Below are positions 11,995 to 24,690 of a stretch of 63,513 bases of DNA, piece after piece. The notes beneath the pieces were generated by a model. The model was not told the DNA's origin. It ran no database searches and was given only the letters and a program-made list of their open reading frames with translations. This DNA is from Phoronis australis (taxonomy: Eukaryota > Animalia > Phoronida), in contig NMRA01000176.1 in assembly GCA_002633005.1 (NCBI GenBank), positions 503,639 to 567,151 on the forward strand, given 5' to 3'. A program made the position numbers and the translations under genes. Within the stretch, counting starts at the first letter, position 1. Every line of letters starts with the position of its first letter.

Positions 11995-13373
11995 TTATAT
12001 GCGCCCAGCTATTTAAATGTATATGTGGACGCATGCCGTCATCTCTGTGCGTCCGTCTAACCGTCCGTCCGGGCGGCGTCCGTCAGGCGTCCGGCGTCCG
12101 CTGCTCTATCTCCAAAACTGGTTGACGTACGTTTTTGAAATTTTGCACGTGTTCCTTTCATGGATGTCACGGCATGAGCGAAGTTTCGGACGGATCCGAC
12201 TACCAGTGTACCCCCTAGTGGCAATTTTAGTTTTTTACGTTTACCTCTGTATCTTCAAAGATCCTCAACATATTTTCACAAAATTTGGTATATAGGCATC
12301 TATTAATGAGACGACGATATCCTTCCGCTTTCCGATGGATTCGACGTAGTTTGCGCCACCTAGTCGCTATTTTTACTGTTTTCGAGTTTTTTAGCGTCCA
12401 CCCCTCTATCAACTAAATCGCTCTAAGCATGATTGTGAAAATTGGCTTGCATGTTCTTACTATGAAGAGGACGGTTAACGATGATTTTCCGACGACTTCG
12501 ACTACTGTGATGCCTCCTAGTGGCAGCTTTGTTTTTTTGCGCCTATAGCAATATCTCCCAAACCATTTGCAGGATCTTTACTAAATTTTGTAAGTGCACT
12601 GATATGATGATGACAACGGCCGACGACGACTTTCGGACAGATCTGAATACTGGTGTGCCACCTAGTGGCAATTTTTTTATACATTTACCTCTGTATCTTC
12701 AAAGGTCCTCAACGTATTTTCATAAAATTTGGTGTACAGGCTTGTGTTAGTGATGTGACGCTAAATTTCCGTTTTCAGATGGATTCGACTTAGGTTGCAC
12801 CAACTAGTGGCCATATTTACTGTTGAGTCTGTTTTTTTGGCGTCCACCCCTCTATCAACCAATCCGCTTTCAGGATAATTGTGAAAATTGGCATGTATGT
12901 TTTTACTATAAAGTGGACGGGTGACGATGATTTTCTGATGACATCGACCACTGTAGCGCCTCCTAGTGGCAGTTTCGTTTTTATCGCTCATGGCTATAAG
13001 TCTCCTAAACCGTTTACAAGATCTTTACTAAATTTAACAAGTGTATTTATATGACTTTGACTACGTACGACGACGATTTTTGAATGGATCTGACTACTGG
13101 TGTGCCCCCTGGTGGCAATTTTAGTTTTACGCTTACCTCTGTATCTTCAAAGGTCTTTAAAGGATTTTCATAAAATTTTGAATTCGTGAAATTTGGTGTA
13201 TAGCTTTCGATTAAAGAATCAATGACATGTTCCCGTTTTCGGATGGATGGTACGTTTGTGCGCCATCGAGTGGGCGTTTTTATGACTCAAATAAACAATC
13301 TTAAAAGCACACCATTTGCGATGCATTCGTGGGTGCATTTCAACGCTCCGCCTTGCATTGGTGTTTTCTATTT
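11995..13373 (+). mobile_element. Helentron-associated (HINE/DINE-1-like) non-autonomous element with a central tandem array
   Basis: The 5' atgcgccc (11999) pairs with nearby ggacgcat (12027) and with 3' gggtgcat (13331). A (CGTC)n-type microsatellite lies at 12048-12100. ~150-bp tandem units follow, then a 3' stem-loop and T-rich flanks. Confidence 0.7.
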
Positions 13374-14744
13374 GGAAAGGGAGTTAGTCTGCCAAGTCAG
13401 AATTTGATCTCCCCATTAATACCTCATGCGACAACTTTCGAGCTTATTTGGTGGGTTGAATTCATTTTGTTAGCTTATTTTAAGGACAATTTACGCCATT
13501 CAATCATAGATTAAAAGAGTAATTTCTGTGTTTTGGTGTCATTTGCGCAAAACGCTAACGATGGTGACCATTGTCTTCAAAACTTGAATTGAAATTCCCC
13601 CTGCTAGTATTTAGTATGCTTGCAACATTAGTTAAATGACGCCGTCTAGTTGATGTAGCTGTCTTGTGTTATGAGGTTAGCTTTCATTTCAAGAGCAAAT
13701 CAGTGAGCATCTGCATTCAGCAAACTGTGATCTTCTCGAGTCGGTTTAGCCACCTTCTCTTGAATTATGTTGTATGCACAGATACAAGGTTGCAATACAG
13801 GCTACAAACTGTTCTTAAAATTCACTGGACTTGATTGATTTCACAACAGGCTAAGACCTGAATGATTTCCGATGACTACTCCCGACAACTGACCCTGCGG
13901 AATGGGCGAAGTCAATCAATACAGCGGATAGAATATGTCTAGTAAGTTAAGCGATGATTTGCAAGGGGCGTTTACTCCACGTGCACCAGCTTCTTGGCCC
14001 CCTTCGTGACATTCTAAATCCAACATTGCTCTTCGTCACAATATAACGACAGGAAAAAGCTTTTTTTCCACAAGAGTGTTTTATTGAAAGAATGAAACTC
14101 GAATCTCCTTTAAACACATCACTGTGTAAACACACATGTAACTGGCAAAGGAGAAAACTGCACCTGTCTCCTTATGCCCAATTAACCGATGCTAATCCAA
14201 ACTCAAGTTTTTGAGCCGAAATGGTTGTTGCCGAAGGTAAAAAGAAAGCTGCGCTCTTACTGAACTTCCACAATTCTTGGACTAGAAATCCGAAAGAAAG
14301 TGTGCATTGATACATCTGGATTATTGAAACTCCTATGGTACAGGCAAAGTCGTTGTTCTTCTTTCCACCAAACGTTTCTTTTTATTGACACAACTTTAGG
14401 ATGTTTAACTGAGAATTGAGTTCTAGCCTTGGAAAGACATTAACAGTTTGTAATTACTCGACACCATGCTCATTAAGTAGGCTTAACACGATGGGTCGTT
14501 TTTGTGCAGAGCATTGCGTCAAGCTGTAACGAAGGGTCAGCTCTTAAAGAAATTGGAAATACGTTTGTTTCTGAGTAAGAGACAAGCCGAGGCCACTTTT
14601 ATTAAGGTGAATATTCTTAAACGTTAGTACTTTTAATGTGAGAAGAGGTGGAATTCAATTGTTGAACTAATGATTCTTCAAAAAGATTGAGTTCAGTGAT
14701 TACTTTTCTCAGAAAATGTTTGAAAAGTTTTGATAATTCATGTT

Positions 14745-17700
14745 CTAACTCAAAATTCGCTCTGGTGCTTGACAAAGTTTGAGGTTTTTCACAAACTCTG
14801 GTGGATTTTCTAGGTTTAAAAACGACACCTTTACCCGGTCAGGTCGTGCCGTTGTTGACGAGAGAAATTGTACATAATTCAGTGGGTTAAACCTGGAGTT
14901 GAAAGCAGGAATGTACAGTAAAGGCTCGTGAGCTTTCAGATAAAATTTATCTGTTTCTTTTTGAGGATATAACGCAAAACGACCCAGTTTTCCGTAATGC
15001 ATTTCAAGTCGTCCATCCCAGTTACGTACAAATGTAATGTTACCTAGCAAGAAATTTCCGAAGTTCCCAAGATACTCGTGGACAGGACGAGAATATGGCA
15101 AGTTTTCCGGAAACGGGAAATTTGGTGGTGTATTGAAGTAATCGTTTGCTTTTCCCCATGGTCGGGGGTAGGAGCATATGGTTGATGTATTTAGCCACGG
15201 ATCTTTCCCAAGGATGCGGTCTTGTATGTAGCTATGTAGGAGAAGATGGAATTTTATTGCCGGCACCAGCGACGGTCCATTTCCGACACTGTAGATGGCA
15301 CTGTTGACGCTTGGAATGTACGTTATCATGCCGTCGTGGCCAAACATGTTACCCCAATGTTTGTGAACTTTCAAACCTGCGTAAAATAAGAATTTGTTAG
15401 AATCTACCAGTGAGCAGCGTGACAGCGCCAGTTAAATCTTTTATCGTCATTGACATGTAGTCGGGAACGTTTCCGTACATGTAATCTTCGTGTAATAGAT
15501 ATTTATTAGACTTGATGTGAGGTGCTTTGTAAGATTAATGAGGTCACAAAGGTATTTCATCCAAAACATTTTAAAAACAAAATGTTATGAGTTTGAACAC
15601 AGGTTACAAGTGAACAAGTCGTCAGAACATGAAAAAGCAGGACTGCAAACAATTTCTTGGGTTGCCCATTTTGTATGATCCCCGACCGTCGTGCCTTATT
15701 CAAATTGGGTTACAAAAACGCTTGTGATAAGGAAACAATTGAGAAGGTCAAGCTCTGTCAAATATTTAGATTCTTGTGTGTTTCGTTGATTCTTACCACG
15801 ATAAGACAGATCAAAAACAACAACGACCGGATCGAACAGGACTATGACTAGGAACATCGATTAAGCATCAAGAACTTGCGTATGTGTAAAGAGAGTTGAA
15901 GATCGACCAAGTCAAGATGAAGTGCAACGCTTTGACGCCACGTCCAGTGAGATGGGGGAGGGATTGAGCCAGGTCTCAAATCATGCTGTCGAAGACCTCC
16001 CAGATACAAAACTGGGCTATAGACCGGGAATCCAACAAGGAAAAGATCTAAAGACGCAGACAAGGATAGAATAATCAGGGGAGTTAGAATGTCAGAGAAT
16101 GAAGAAAGGTATACCCGAACAGTCCAGATGGGCCAGCATGGGGCGTGGACAAAGTGGGGCAAAGTCTTGCGAAGGGAAATCGAGTGGGCTGATTTGTGGA
16201 AGATGTCTACTCTGAAAGAAAAGTTCGTCATCAGATTTGTTTGTAATGTATTGCCTACTCCCAGCAACCTTGCTACTTGGGGCCTTACGGACAACTCGAG
16301 GAGCTGTATCCAGTGTGGACGCAGATATACTTTAGAGCACATCCTATCATCTTTCGGCTCATCTTTGGAATCAGGAATGTACACTTACCGACACAACCAG
16401 GTACTGAAAGTTATCGCAAGGGTGATGGCTGAAAAAGTCGAGAACAAACCGAAATAAAAAATCAGAAGAAGTGGAGAAGAGAAAAGTAAAAGGAAGACAC
16501 CAGTGCAGAAAGGCATGCTGCACACAGCCAACGACTGTAGAGTATGTGCTGATTTTGCCCGTCGCCAGTCATCCTTCCCACAGCACATTGTCCAGACTAC
16601 CCAGCGGCCTGATTTGGTCATTTACTTGGACAGTCACCACCAGGTCATCTTGATCGAGCTCACCATCCCGTGGGAGAGTACGGTGGAAGAAGCACATGAA
16701 CGGAAGAATTTGAAGTATGCAGACCTGAAGAACGACTGCCACGTGGAGACTGGGATGTTGGTGGTTTTCAGCGAAGGTTGACTGCCAATTTTGTGGGTTG
16801 TATGTCTCCCATCCACCGTGCCTTATTGAGTTACAAAAACGTTTGTGATAAGGAAACAACTGAGAAATCTGTCAAATACTTACATTCTTACGTGCTTCGT
16901 TGATTCTTACCTCGATACCACCCTTTCGACCAACCTCTTGCGTAGTCATCAAGTGATTGATAGACAGGGGCGTGGTTTAGAGACACCCATCCATTCAGAT
17001 AGGTCTCTGGAAGCACTATGGTGGGATCGAGCAGTTCCTTCAGTTTTTTGGTCGGCAATAGTTGGCGATGGGCGGCATCTTTCCCTCCCGACACAATGAA
17101 GTGTAGATACTTAGCCATGTCTATCATATTTGTCGATACAGTGCCCGCAGGACCGACGATACCTGATACACTGCACAGAAGTAGAACAGATTTGTGTAAA
17201 AATATAAGGTGATCACACGTCAGATAATTGTTTGGTTTATTGACTTAGGAACAAGGTTATTAGTTTAAATTCTTAAAGAGATGATCAAAAAGGAATTTTT
17301 AAAAGTCTTTAAACCAAAATAAATTACCTGTGAAGAAGATTAATTGCCTTAACAGTTCATTGAAGTTCTTAAATTAAGAATAACAATGCGCGATAAATTT
17401 TCGTTCTCCAAATTTGAGTTGCCTGTTTCCATTCTCATGCATACAGAACACGTGATGGCTCACGCGCCTACTTTCACAGTAAGGTGTAACCATACAGTAG
17501 GCCTGGGCGCAGTGTCTGTTCCACGGGAACTGAATTTGGATCACATTTTCTGGGTCACCTTGCATTAATTTTGCTAGTATGGTCAACAGGATGAAGGTTT
17601 ACCAGGAAACAGTTACAGATCATACCGAGATTAACATATTTGTTTCAATTATTAAACAAACACGAGAAACAGGACTTTCTCAAAACAGATAATGAAAATG

Positions 17701-20700
17701 TGTCTCTGTGTTTTTAAGAAAAAGGATACAAATCATTAATTTTGTTTTTATTTTCGTCTTCAGCAAACAAAGGGTTGAATTAGACGATATCGAAAATTTT
17801 CTTGCACATAGCACATTGAAGGTGCTGTAAAGTTTCTTCGGCAAGAACTTTAGATTTTTAAATCACTTACCGTTACGAAAATGGCTTAGCAATATTCTTT
17901 ACGAAAATTGGAGTTGATTTTGAACTTGGGTACAACTGACGGTTTGTTACTGATTGAGGTCAGACTGAACTGGCTATCTTGTGGTTGGGGTAACTTGATG
18001 AGCTGGTAATAACAAACTGCCAGCTGAAAGCTCGGAAATCACTACTCAATTGAATAATGAACAAGTTGGGATCAATTTTTGTAGGTATACAGTCTCAATC
18101 AAATGCACTTTTAGTGGAACGGGGTTCATAGCAACATTAATTTGCAAGGTCTTACGAAATGCCTACTAGTTCTGGTAGAGGTAGGCCCTACGCCTTCGTC
18201 CGTAGACAGGACATGTCAATTTTGTTTACTTTAAGAATAGCGGCAATGTCCGCCCATTATAGCAGAAATAGTGTTGTGTAAGAAGCCCTCGATCCCCAGA
18301 CACTCCTGTGAGTTTTGGTGACTTACCTGATTGCTTCGTTTCTTCTCAACTTCCAACTCGAATGTTTCGTGTACTTTACGTAAGCTTTGGCGAAGTTCCT
18401 CCAATCTGGCCCTTCTTCGTCGAAGAAGGTCGTAGCCGTCATCCCCAATGGTGTGAACAACTTCTCTCTCATAACCGTTCTCCACGGTTTGCCACCGAGA
18501 TGTTGTATAACTTCGCCAATGACGGAGAACATGATGTTATTGTAATGGAGCTTGTCACGAAAGCCTGCGTCACTTTCTTTGCTAGTAAACCTGATGCGCC
18601 TGAAAACGGAGTCCACGATTGCTTTACTTTATACCACATAATCAGCCTGACATGGCCATTACTATCGTTTGTTATTCCATTTTGTTAATCAAAGTTTTTT
18701 GGTTAACATTTTGGCGGGAACCCGAGGCCGGATTCGAACACGCTTCACTCAAGTTTCGTGTAATTCGGCAGCTGACGTCATCTTACGTGAAAATTACTTA
18801 AATGAGAACGCGCCATAATCGCATGTTCAATAAACCGCATTGTAGCGACACTTATTACGCTGGGAAAATAGTTTGTACAATTTCAATAAAAACGGCATCT
18901 GTAATTCAGTAAAATTTTATGTCATTTTCTCTCACATGTAAATAATCGCCCTCGGGGCTAATTCTTCAAAATCCACACGGGATCTAGATTACGGGAGATT
19001 ACGATGTCGCCGTGTAATAAGCTATTACATGACCCACACAGACCAATAAAATGTCGCCATTTTAAGAAATTAAAATCCCTGTCTTGCCATGTCTGTGGAA
19101 ACATTTTTAGCGATTTTAATAGGGTTAGAAAGCGTACCCAACCCGGTGTTGGGTTCACTGACTGTGACATTTGTTAAATTCGTCTTGGCAAACTTGATTC
19201 ATTGCAACCGGATGTTGGCTTTACGATTCTTTAGAGATGAATCGCTTCCTATGCATTGATGCTCACGCTCCACGAAAGCAACGATTTTCACTTAGACCGC
19301 CTTCTGCTATAAAACTGAACTCCACTTGTTTCTAACTCCGATAGGGAGTAGTTTCTGGGCTTGCAAAAGCTGTCAATTCTATCATTGAGACTATGCCGAC
19401 CGGGCATATGACCCGCAAGGACAAACCAATTGATCTCCAGCAAAGGGAACAGCCATTTCTTTCCAAGCCTGAAATCACCGAAGCAGCACTACAAGACCAG
19501 TTTCACAACTCTAAGTGTGTGAACATGGAAAGCTTGTTTATAGCCTGTTTCCTTGTTGACTTGCGAAGTTGTTTGTCATCTACATAACATAAGTGTAATA
19601 ACACACGTGAACGTAACTGATATCTGGTGATGAAGTGAGCAGCCGTACACACACTGCTGTTTATTCTAAACCTAATCGTTGACTGAAGCATTGTGAATGC
19701 TCGGTCTCTAATGGACGCCAAGATCTAACCCAGTAGGCATTTACGGCCTCCTCAACGAGCGTAAAATTATCGCTGTCTCCTTACAGTACAAGCTTAAAGT
19801 ATCTAGACAAAATGGCCCGAAATTCACCGTCATGACGGCAGGGAAAGAACCTGAATGTGTTGTCTGAGTAGTCTTCCCTCATGACTTAGAATGAACTAAT
19901 TGGAAAGTTAGCAAAGTGGCTTATCCATTCTATATTTTTTATTTTGCATTCCTATATAATTATTACCAGTGTTAACAGAATTAGTCGTCATGAAGGAAAG
20001 ATGGTATTTTGCCTGATTACTATTGTCTTTCCTATATAATGGTGGTTGACATGCAAATACGAATTTGATGTTTGTCAAGTACTTCTCGAACGTTCACAGA
20101 CCAAGCCAATTAATTAGTAGAAATTATCTTTGCACGTGAAGTTATTCTAGATATCTTGAAATCAACACCTAACAAAAAGGTGGATATCTCACTGTAGGTT
20201 TACCCATTGGTGTTTAATGTATTTATGTTGTCAAATTAAACGCAATCAGTATCTTTTTCTATTGCGCGAAGAAAAGTAAACCAATAGACAGCTGCCTCTA
20301 GCGCCCAACCAATGAGTGTGCATGTTCTTGTCGAGCTATAGTTTTGATTCTGCCAAAAGGACATGAATCGCCTGAGTGTCCTTTCAATTCTAATGTCATA
20401 ATGATTGAGCTTTATATATGGGTAGGTTGAGTGCAACTGCAGACGGAGAACTACAAGTTGAGCTGTCTGATTAAGTGAACAATAACGGTGCAGATAGCTC
20501 ACGTCAAGGTCAAGGACAGAGTAACTGAATGAATTAACGGCTACTTCATTCCATTTTCGTCTAATTTTCACGCCCTGACGGTAGCTGTCACTACAAGTAT
20601 CGTTCACTAGAGGCAGCTTCTCTCGTAGGTCTCAGCCTGCGCTGGCCCTGGTTTGGCTATACCTACTCATATGTATCTCTCCAGTTTAACGCTCCTAAGC

Positions 20701-22371
20701 GCCACGGGAAGTCGTTGGATATTATTCCTGTCCTGTGTCCCGCTAGGTCATTGAGTGTAGTTATGTTGGTCAGTAAGTCCGAGTGCATCTCGAAATCCTT
20801 CAGGATGTGCTTGACCGGCGTATTCCAAGGGATGCTAAAGAGATCATATGAGAAGTAATCAGGATCTGGTTTTCAAAGTCGTCATGCCTTCTTTTTTCGA
20901 TGATATCCTGCTAGCGGATCTATACGATCACCAGAGAGGCAAGCGCATTTTTTATTGACAAAGGTTCACGTTAGCCTTAAAAGTTTTCGCGTCTCTCTCC
21001 CTCCCTCCCTCCCTTCCTCACTCCACCCTCCGTCGTTCCCTCCCCCTCCCTCCCTACTCCCGCCCCTTCCCTCCATACCAGACCCTTTAGTCTGGTCTTA
21101 AGCTCATCAGCTCGGTTTTAACTATATAAATAAAACATAAAACTGGTGACAGGTGATCAGTGCAATGGGCCGACTAGAGCGGCTTGTGCACCTTTGGAAC
21201 AACGTTTACCAAACCTCCTGCAAATATTTTTCCAGTATTGGGGACGTACGTTTTCGCTAACTACAAAGTAATGTTAAAAAGAGATAGCGGGTTAGCTCTG
21301 CAACTAAAATATTAACGATTGTTCCAGTAAACCATTTAGGAAGGCGTTTAGAGGACGAACAAACCAATTGTTACTATTTAAAACTATTTTATGTTTTTGG
21401 TGCGACATACCCTTTTTCATTCAGAAGTATTGCCAAGAGTGCCGACGACAGGGATTTCGTCACAGACGCGATGTCGAACAACGTATTCTCAGTGACCGGC
21501 TCGCTCGTTTCCATGTCAGCCANNNNNNNCAGGCATACGTTTCAGTTCAATTGCACATGATAACGATCAATTTTCATGAAGGCAAAGGAAGGAAACACCC
21601 TTCTCCTAAGCCTGTCGCTAGCGAAGTGCCCGACACATACAGTCGCGCCCACATGCCCACGTAACAAAGGCGCACTGAGACGCAACAAAGACATTAGCAT
21701 AAGAATAACTGAGCATTTGCAACTAAAGCATAAGTTACGAACGTCCCGTCACATAAATAAAACATAAAACTGGTGACAGGTGATCAGTGCAATGGGCCAA
21801 CTAGAGCGGCTTGTGCACCTTTGGAACAACGTTTACCAAACCTCCTGCAATTATTTTTTCAGTATTGGGGACGTACATTTTCGCTAACTACTAAGTAATG
21901 TTTAAAGAGATAGCGGGTTAGCTCTGCAACTAAAAAATTAACGATTGTTCCAGTAAACCATTTAGGAAGGCGTTTAGAGGACGAACAAACCAATTGTTAC
22001 TATTTAAAGCTATTTTATGTTTTTGGTGTGACATACCCTTTTTCATTCAGAAGTATTGCCAAGAGTGCCGACGACAGGGATTTCGTCACAGACGCGATGT
22101 CGAACAACGTATTCTCAGTGACCGGCTCGCTCGTTTCCATGTCAGCCATGCCGTATCCTTTCTGCAACACAGTCTTGCCGCCAACATTCAAAGCCAGTCC
22201 AAGCCCGGGCGTATCTCGACATTTCATCACCGTCGTGACGATTTCATCTATCTTCCGCAAGTCGTCCTCTCGTAAGCCAACCGCACCACCGCCGCGTATG
22301 CTTTGTACCCATAGGCACGCAAAAAGTAGGCCAGCCCACATGCTGTTGTCGTTACTGTGCAAACTAGCCAT
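14745..22371 (-). CDS. Secreted serine beta-lactamase/penicillin-binding-protein-like hydrolase (class C/Flp/gigasin-6-like) with probable DUF3471-like C-terminal domain, ~555 aa, 5 exons
   Basis: Exons (minus): 22371-22037, 20834-20667, 18599-18327, 17170-16911, 15376-14745. All junctions are GT-AG, phases 2,2,2,1, giving 1668 nt open. Motifs: signal peptide MWAGLLFACLWVQSIRG, PGLGLA, GYGMAD, FDIASVTK (SxxK), WNTPV, DLAGHRTG, YNN (YxN), LFTPLGM, GPAGTVST, YARGW, HWG. An alternative start lies at 22341. Confidence 0.88.
15657..15802 (-). repeat. Diverged duplicate of the exon-4 donor junction and intron start (copy of ~16776-16917)
   Basis: cgtgccttatt, gttacaaaaacg.ttgtgataaggaaacaa.tgagaa, tctgtcaaata and ttcgttgattcttacc.cgata are present in both copies. 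Confidence 0.85.
15803..16775 (+). mobile_element. 3' fragment of an RLE-type (R2 group, Hero/NeSL-like) non-LTR retrotransposon in intron 4
   Basis: QHGAWTKW, WADLW, VLPTPSNLATWG, CIQCG..TLEHILS and YTYRHNQVL form the zinc-knuckle region. RPDLV...ILIELTIPWE...AHERKNLKYADL is a PD-(D/E)xK-type endonuclease. Confidence 0.85.
18712..18790 (-). other. tRNA-derived fragment (probable SINE head or pseudo-tRNA)
   Basis: The minus strand reads gtgttcgaatccggcctcgggttcccgcca (B-box/T-arm, CCA-like end). No complete cloverleaf was found. Confidence 0.35.
20991..21075. repeat. Polypyrimidine (CT/CCCT) low-complexity tract
   Basis: ctccctccctcccttcctcactccaccctc... It is G-rich on the transcribed minus strand. 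Confidence 0.8.
21126..21522 (-). repeat. Near-identical duplicate of 21753-22148 (3' half of exon 1 plus intron start), ending at an N gap
   Basis: About 397 bp with roughly 8-9 differences. It terminates at nnnnnnn 21523-21529. Confidence 0.9.
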
Positions 22372-23035
22372 TCCAATATATACAGCATAGTTATCTAAAT
22401 AGGTGATGTTACAACAATTTATCCGTGGGCACGTGATGCCCACTTGTCGGGTAATCCGCAGTAACAATGTCGGATTAAATCGGCTTAGAAATAAAGTACG
22501 CAATTGAGTTACGTAATTATGGATTAATTAAGCTGCACGGACTTTCAAATTTGTGATTGTGCAAAATGCTGAAGTTTGTTGGGGGGCACAAAACCTAGCT
22601 CTTGGTGTTTCTCACATAGGTGGGCCGGTGTTGGGTGGGAAATGCCACCAACTTGGTTGGATATAATTGCTCTCTCCGCCATCGTCTTGGATGGGTATAA
22701 CTGTGCTCGCGCAGATATTTTTGCTCCATCAGGTATCGTCTCCTCAGTGGGTATTTTGGCTAAGTGTTATAATATCCTCTTACAAACGTCATGCAAGAGT
22801 TCAGTGTACCACTCGATTATTTAATTTCCGTATGGCGTTATCGTGTCCATGATGCTACCTATAAAATAGCAGCTCTTATTACCAATAATAACTGCCAAAC
22901 TTCATAACTTAAAACATGCCAGTGTGACAAACGATGAATCGTACATGAATGTGGGTTTGATATTTTCCTTTTTACGTCTGTGTTTTGCGATCGTAATCAT
23001 TATGCCTTATGAGAAGTGAGGTTACAGATCAACTG

Positions 23036-23850
23036 AGTGGTGAAAAATTTGTACACCCGTAAAACAACATCGTTATCACCTTCGTAAAACAACGAGCGTA
23101 AAACGATAAGCGTAAAATGACAAGCGTAAAACGATGAGTGCAAAACGGTTAGCATACTACGACGATTGCAACACGTAATTTCCGACTAGTCTTATGCATT
23201 TAGCCAAGTATCTCAGTAAAAGCATTACTTTATTTTCTGAAAATGAAAATTGCAAAATTTGACTTTTGACTTTATAATAAACTATAACCACTTGGGTCTC
23301 ACTTTTGGCCATGGCTCTTAGTAAAATTTAGCAAAAAAGAGAGATATATTCATAGCCAAACAACGACATCAAAACATGACCAAATTTCGTTCGATATAAA
23401 CGTACAAGATCAAATATCAACATTGCTGCTACAGTTTCCTATATTATCACTTCATTTTTGTTTCATGCATTTTTTTTTCATAAAAACTATGTAAGTACTA
23501 ATTCTGCATAGCCTCTCATGCAAAGGCGTAACCGTTACATTTCAAAAACAATTTCTTGCAGTGTATTGGAGATCAGTACATAAACCATAGCATCTGACAC
23601 TTTCATATGAAACCAGTTATCCACTTCTACATGAATAAGATGTTCCTAATGTAGTCAAAATTGATCATTTTACTAAGGTCCCACATATAACTTAACAGAT
23701 TATCCAATTACACACGTATTATACGCTCGTAATTTACGCTCGTGTTTTACGCTCGTGAAGTACACTCGTAATTTACACTCGTAAAACACGGGCGTTGAAA
23801 GTACTTTAGTAATTAACCAGCGTAAGCACGGGCGGCATTTTCCACCCAGC
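23036..23850. mobile_element. MITE-like element with inverted arrays of ~13-14-bp subrepeats, carrying a nested second element (~23180-23700)
   Basis: The left arm repeats (acgagcgtaaa) at 23075-23150 and the right arm repeats (tttacgctcgt) at 23720-23790. Ends are ggtgaaaaat / attttccacc. The inner segment resembles 55691-56387. Confidence 0.65.
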
Positions 23851-24204
23851 GGCCAACGATAAAGCCGTACCCTTCAAGTTACTGAGGAGGAACAGCCTCC
23901 GCGGATAAGTTTCTCGACATTGTTATGGCCAGTCACGAACCGCATAATATCTAGCATCGGTACCAGCCTAACAACGACTTGGCAATGGTGCTTCCGGTGG
24001 CATTTTAGTCGCTTAACTTTCTTTGATCTGCCATTTTGAAGTCATTCGGGGACTGGGTTCTGAACAGCAAAACAAACATCACTGGATTGGTCACCTTTTC
24101 TTCACTCGGTCGAAAACCATATGCATAGAATGGCATGTTGTACATGTAAGTCAGTCAAATCTAAGTCCCAACAGATGATCACAGAAACTTTATTGTGTCT
24201 TGTA

Positions 24205-24690
24205 TTTTAACCCTTTCGATCCTACTGAAAAGTATGGTAGGCTTAAGGGGCAAAAAACATAAAATCGGCACTTTTCACCTAGAAACTTACACTTTCTCGC
24301 CAATTGCAAACCATAAGCCAACACAGACTATGAAAGTAAAATTCCCACTGATTCCAAAAACGTGGTCCAAAAATATTGTCCATCAACTCCTTTTTTACAA
24401 TTTCGGCTTGTTTGAGAGCTACCTGAAATCGCAGCCAGTTTCTCAATGGCTACCCTTCAATGTACAAACGCAACAGGTTGCCGCCACCTAGAAGAGTCAG
24501 GCAGTTACAGCCGACATGTTCACAAACAAACTACATTCATCGAGCCTACATGCAGTGCCTACATGTTCCTTTTCCCTAAAAATGCCCACCAGCCTGGCCC
24601 AACCCAAGATTTCAACATTTTAGACTGCATAATTAGTCAAGGCTGCAGCCTAATTAGTCGGTGCCAACTAAAGCCCAACACGTCAATCTG
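24205..24690 (+). repeat. Interspersed repeat family D (second copy ~40255-40750)
   Basis: aaaatcggcacttttcacc, gattccaaaaa.gtggtccaaaa and ggcttgtttgag.gctacctgaaatcgc.gcca are shared by both copies. Confidence 0.85.

Noticed and set aside
13400-14740. Possible decayed coding sequence downstream of the hydrolase stop
   Set aside because: I could not recognise any sustained frame or motif. It may be 3' UTR or old TE sequence and is left unannotated.
15848-16384. 178-aa minus-strand ORF as an additional hydrolase exon
   Set aside because: It is the antisense shadow of the RLE retroelement fragment, and exons 4 and 5 join in frame without it.
14745-22371. Bacterial contamination or an antibiotic-resistance gene
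   Set aside because: The gene has four canonical spliceosomal introns containing animal TEs. Beta-lactam hydrolysis cannot be inferred from the fold.
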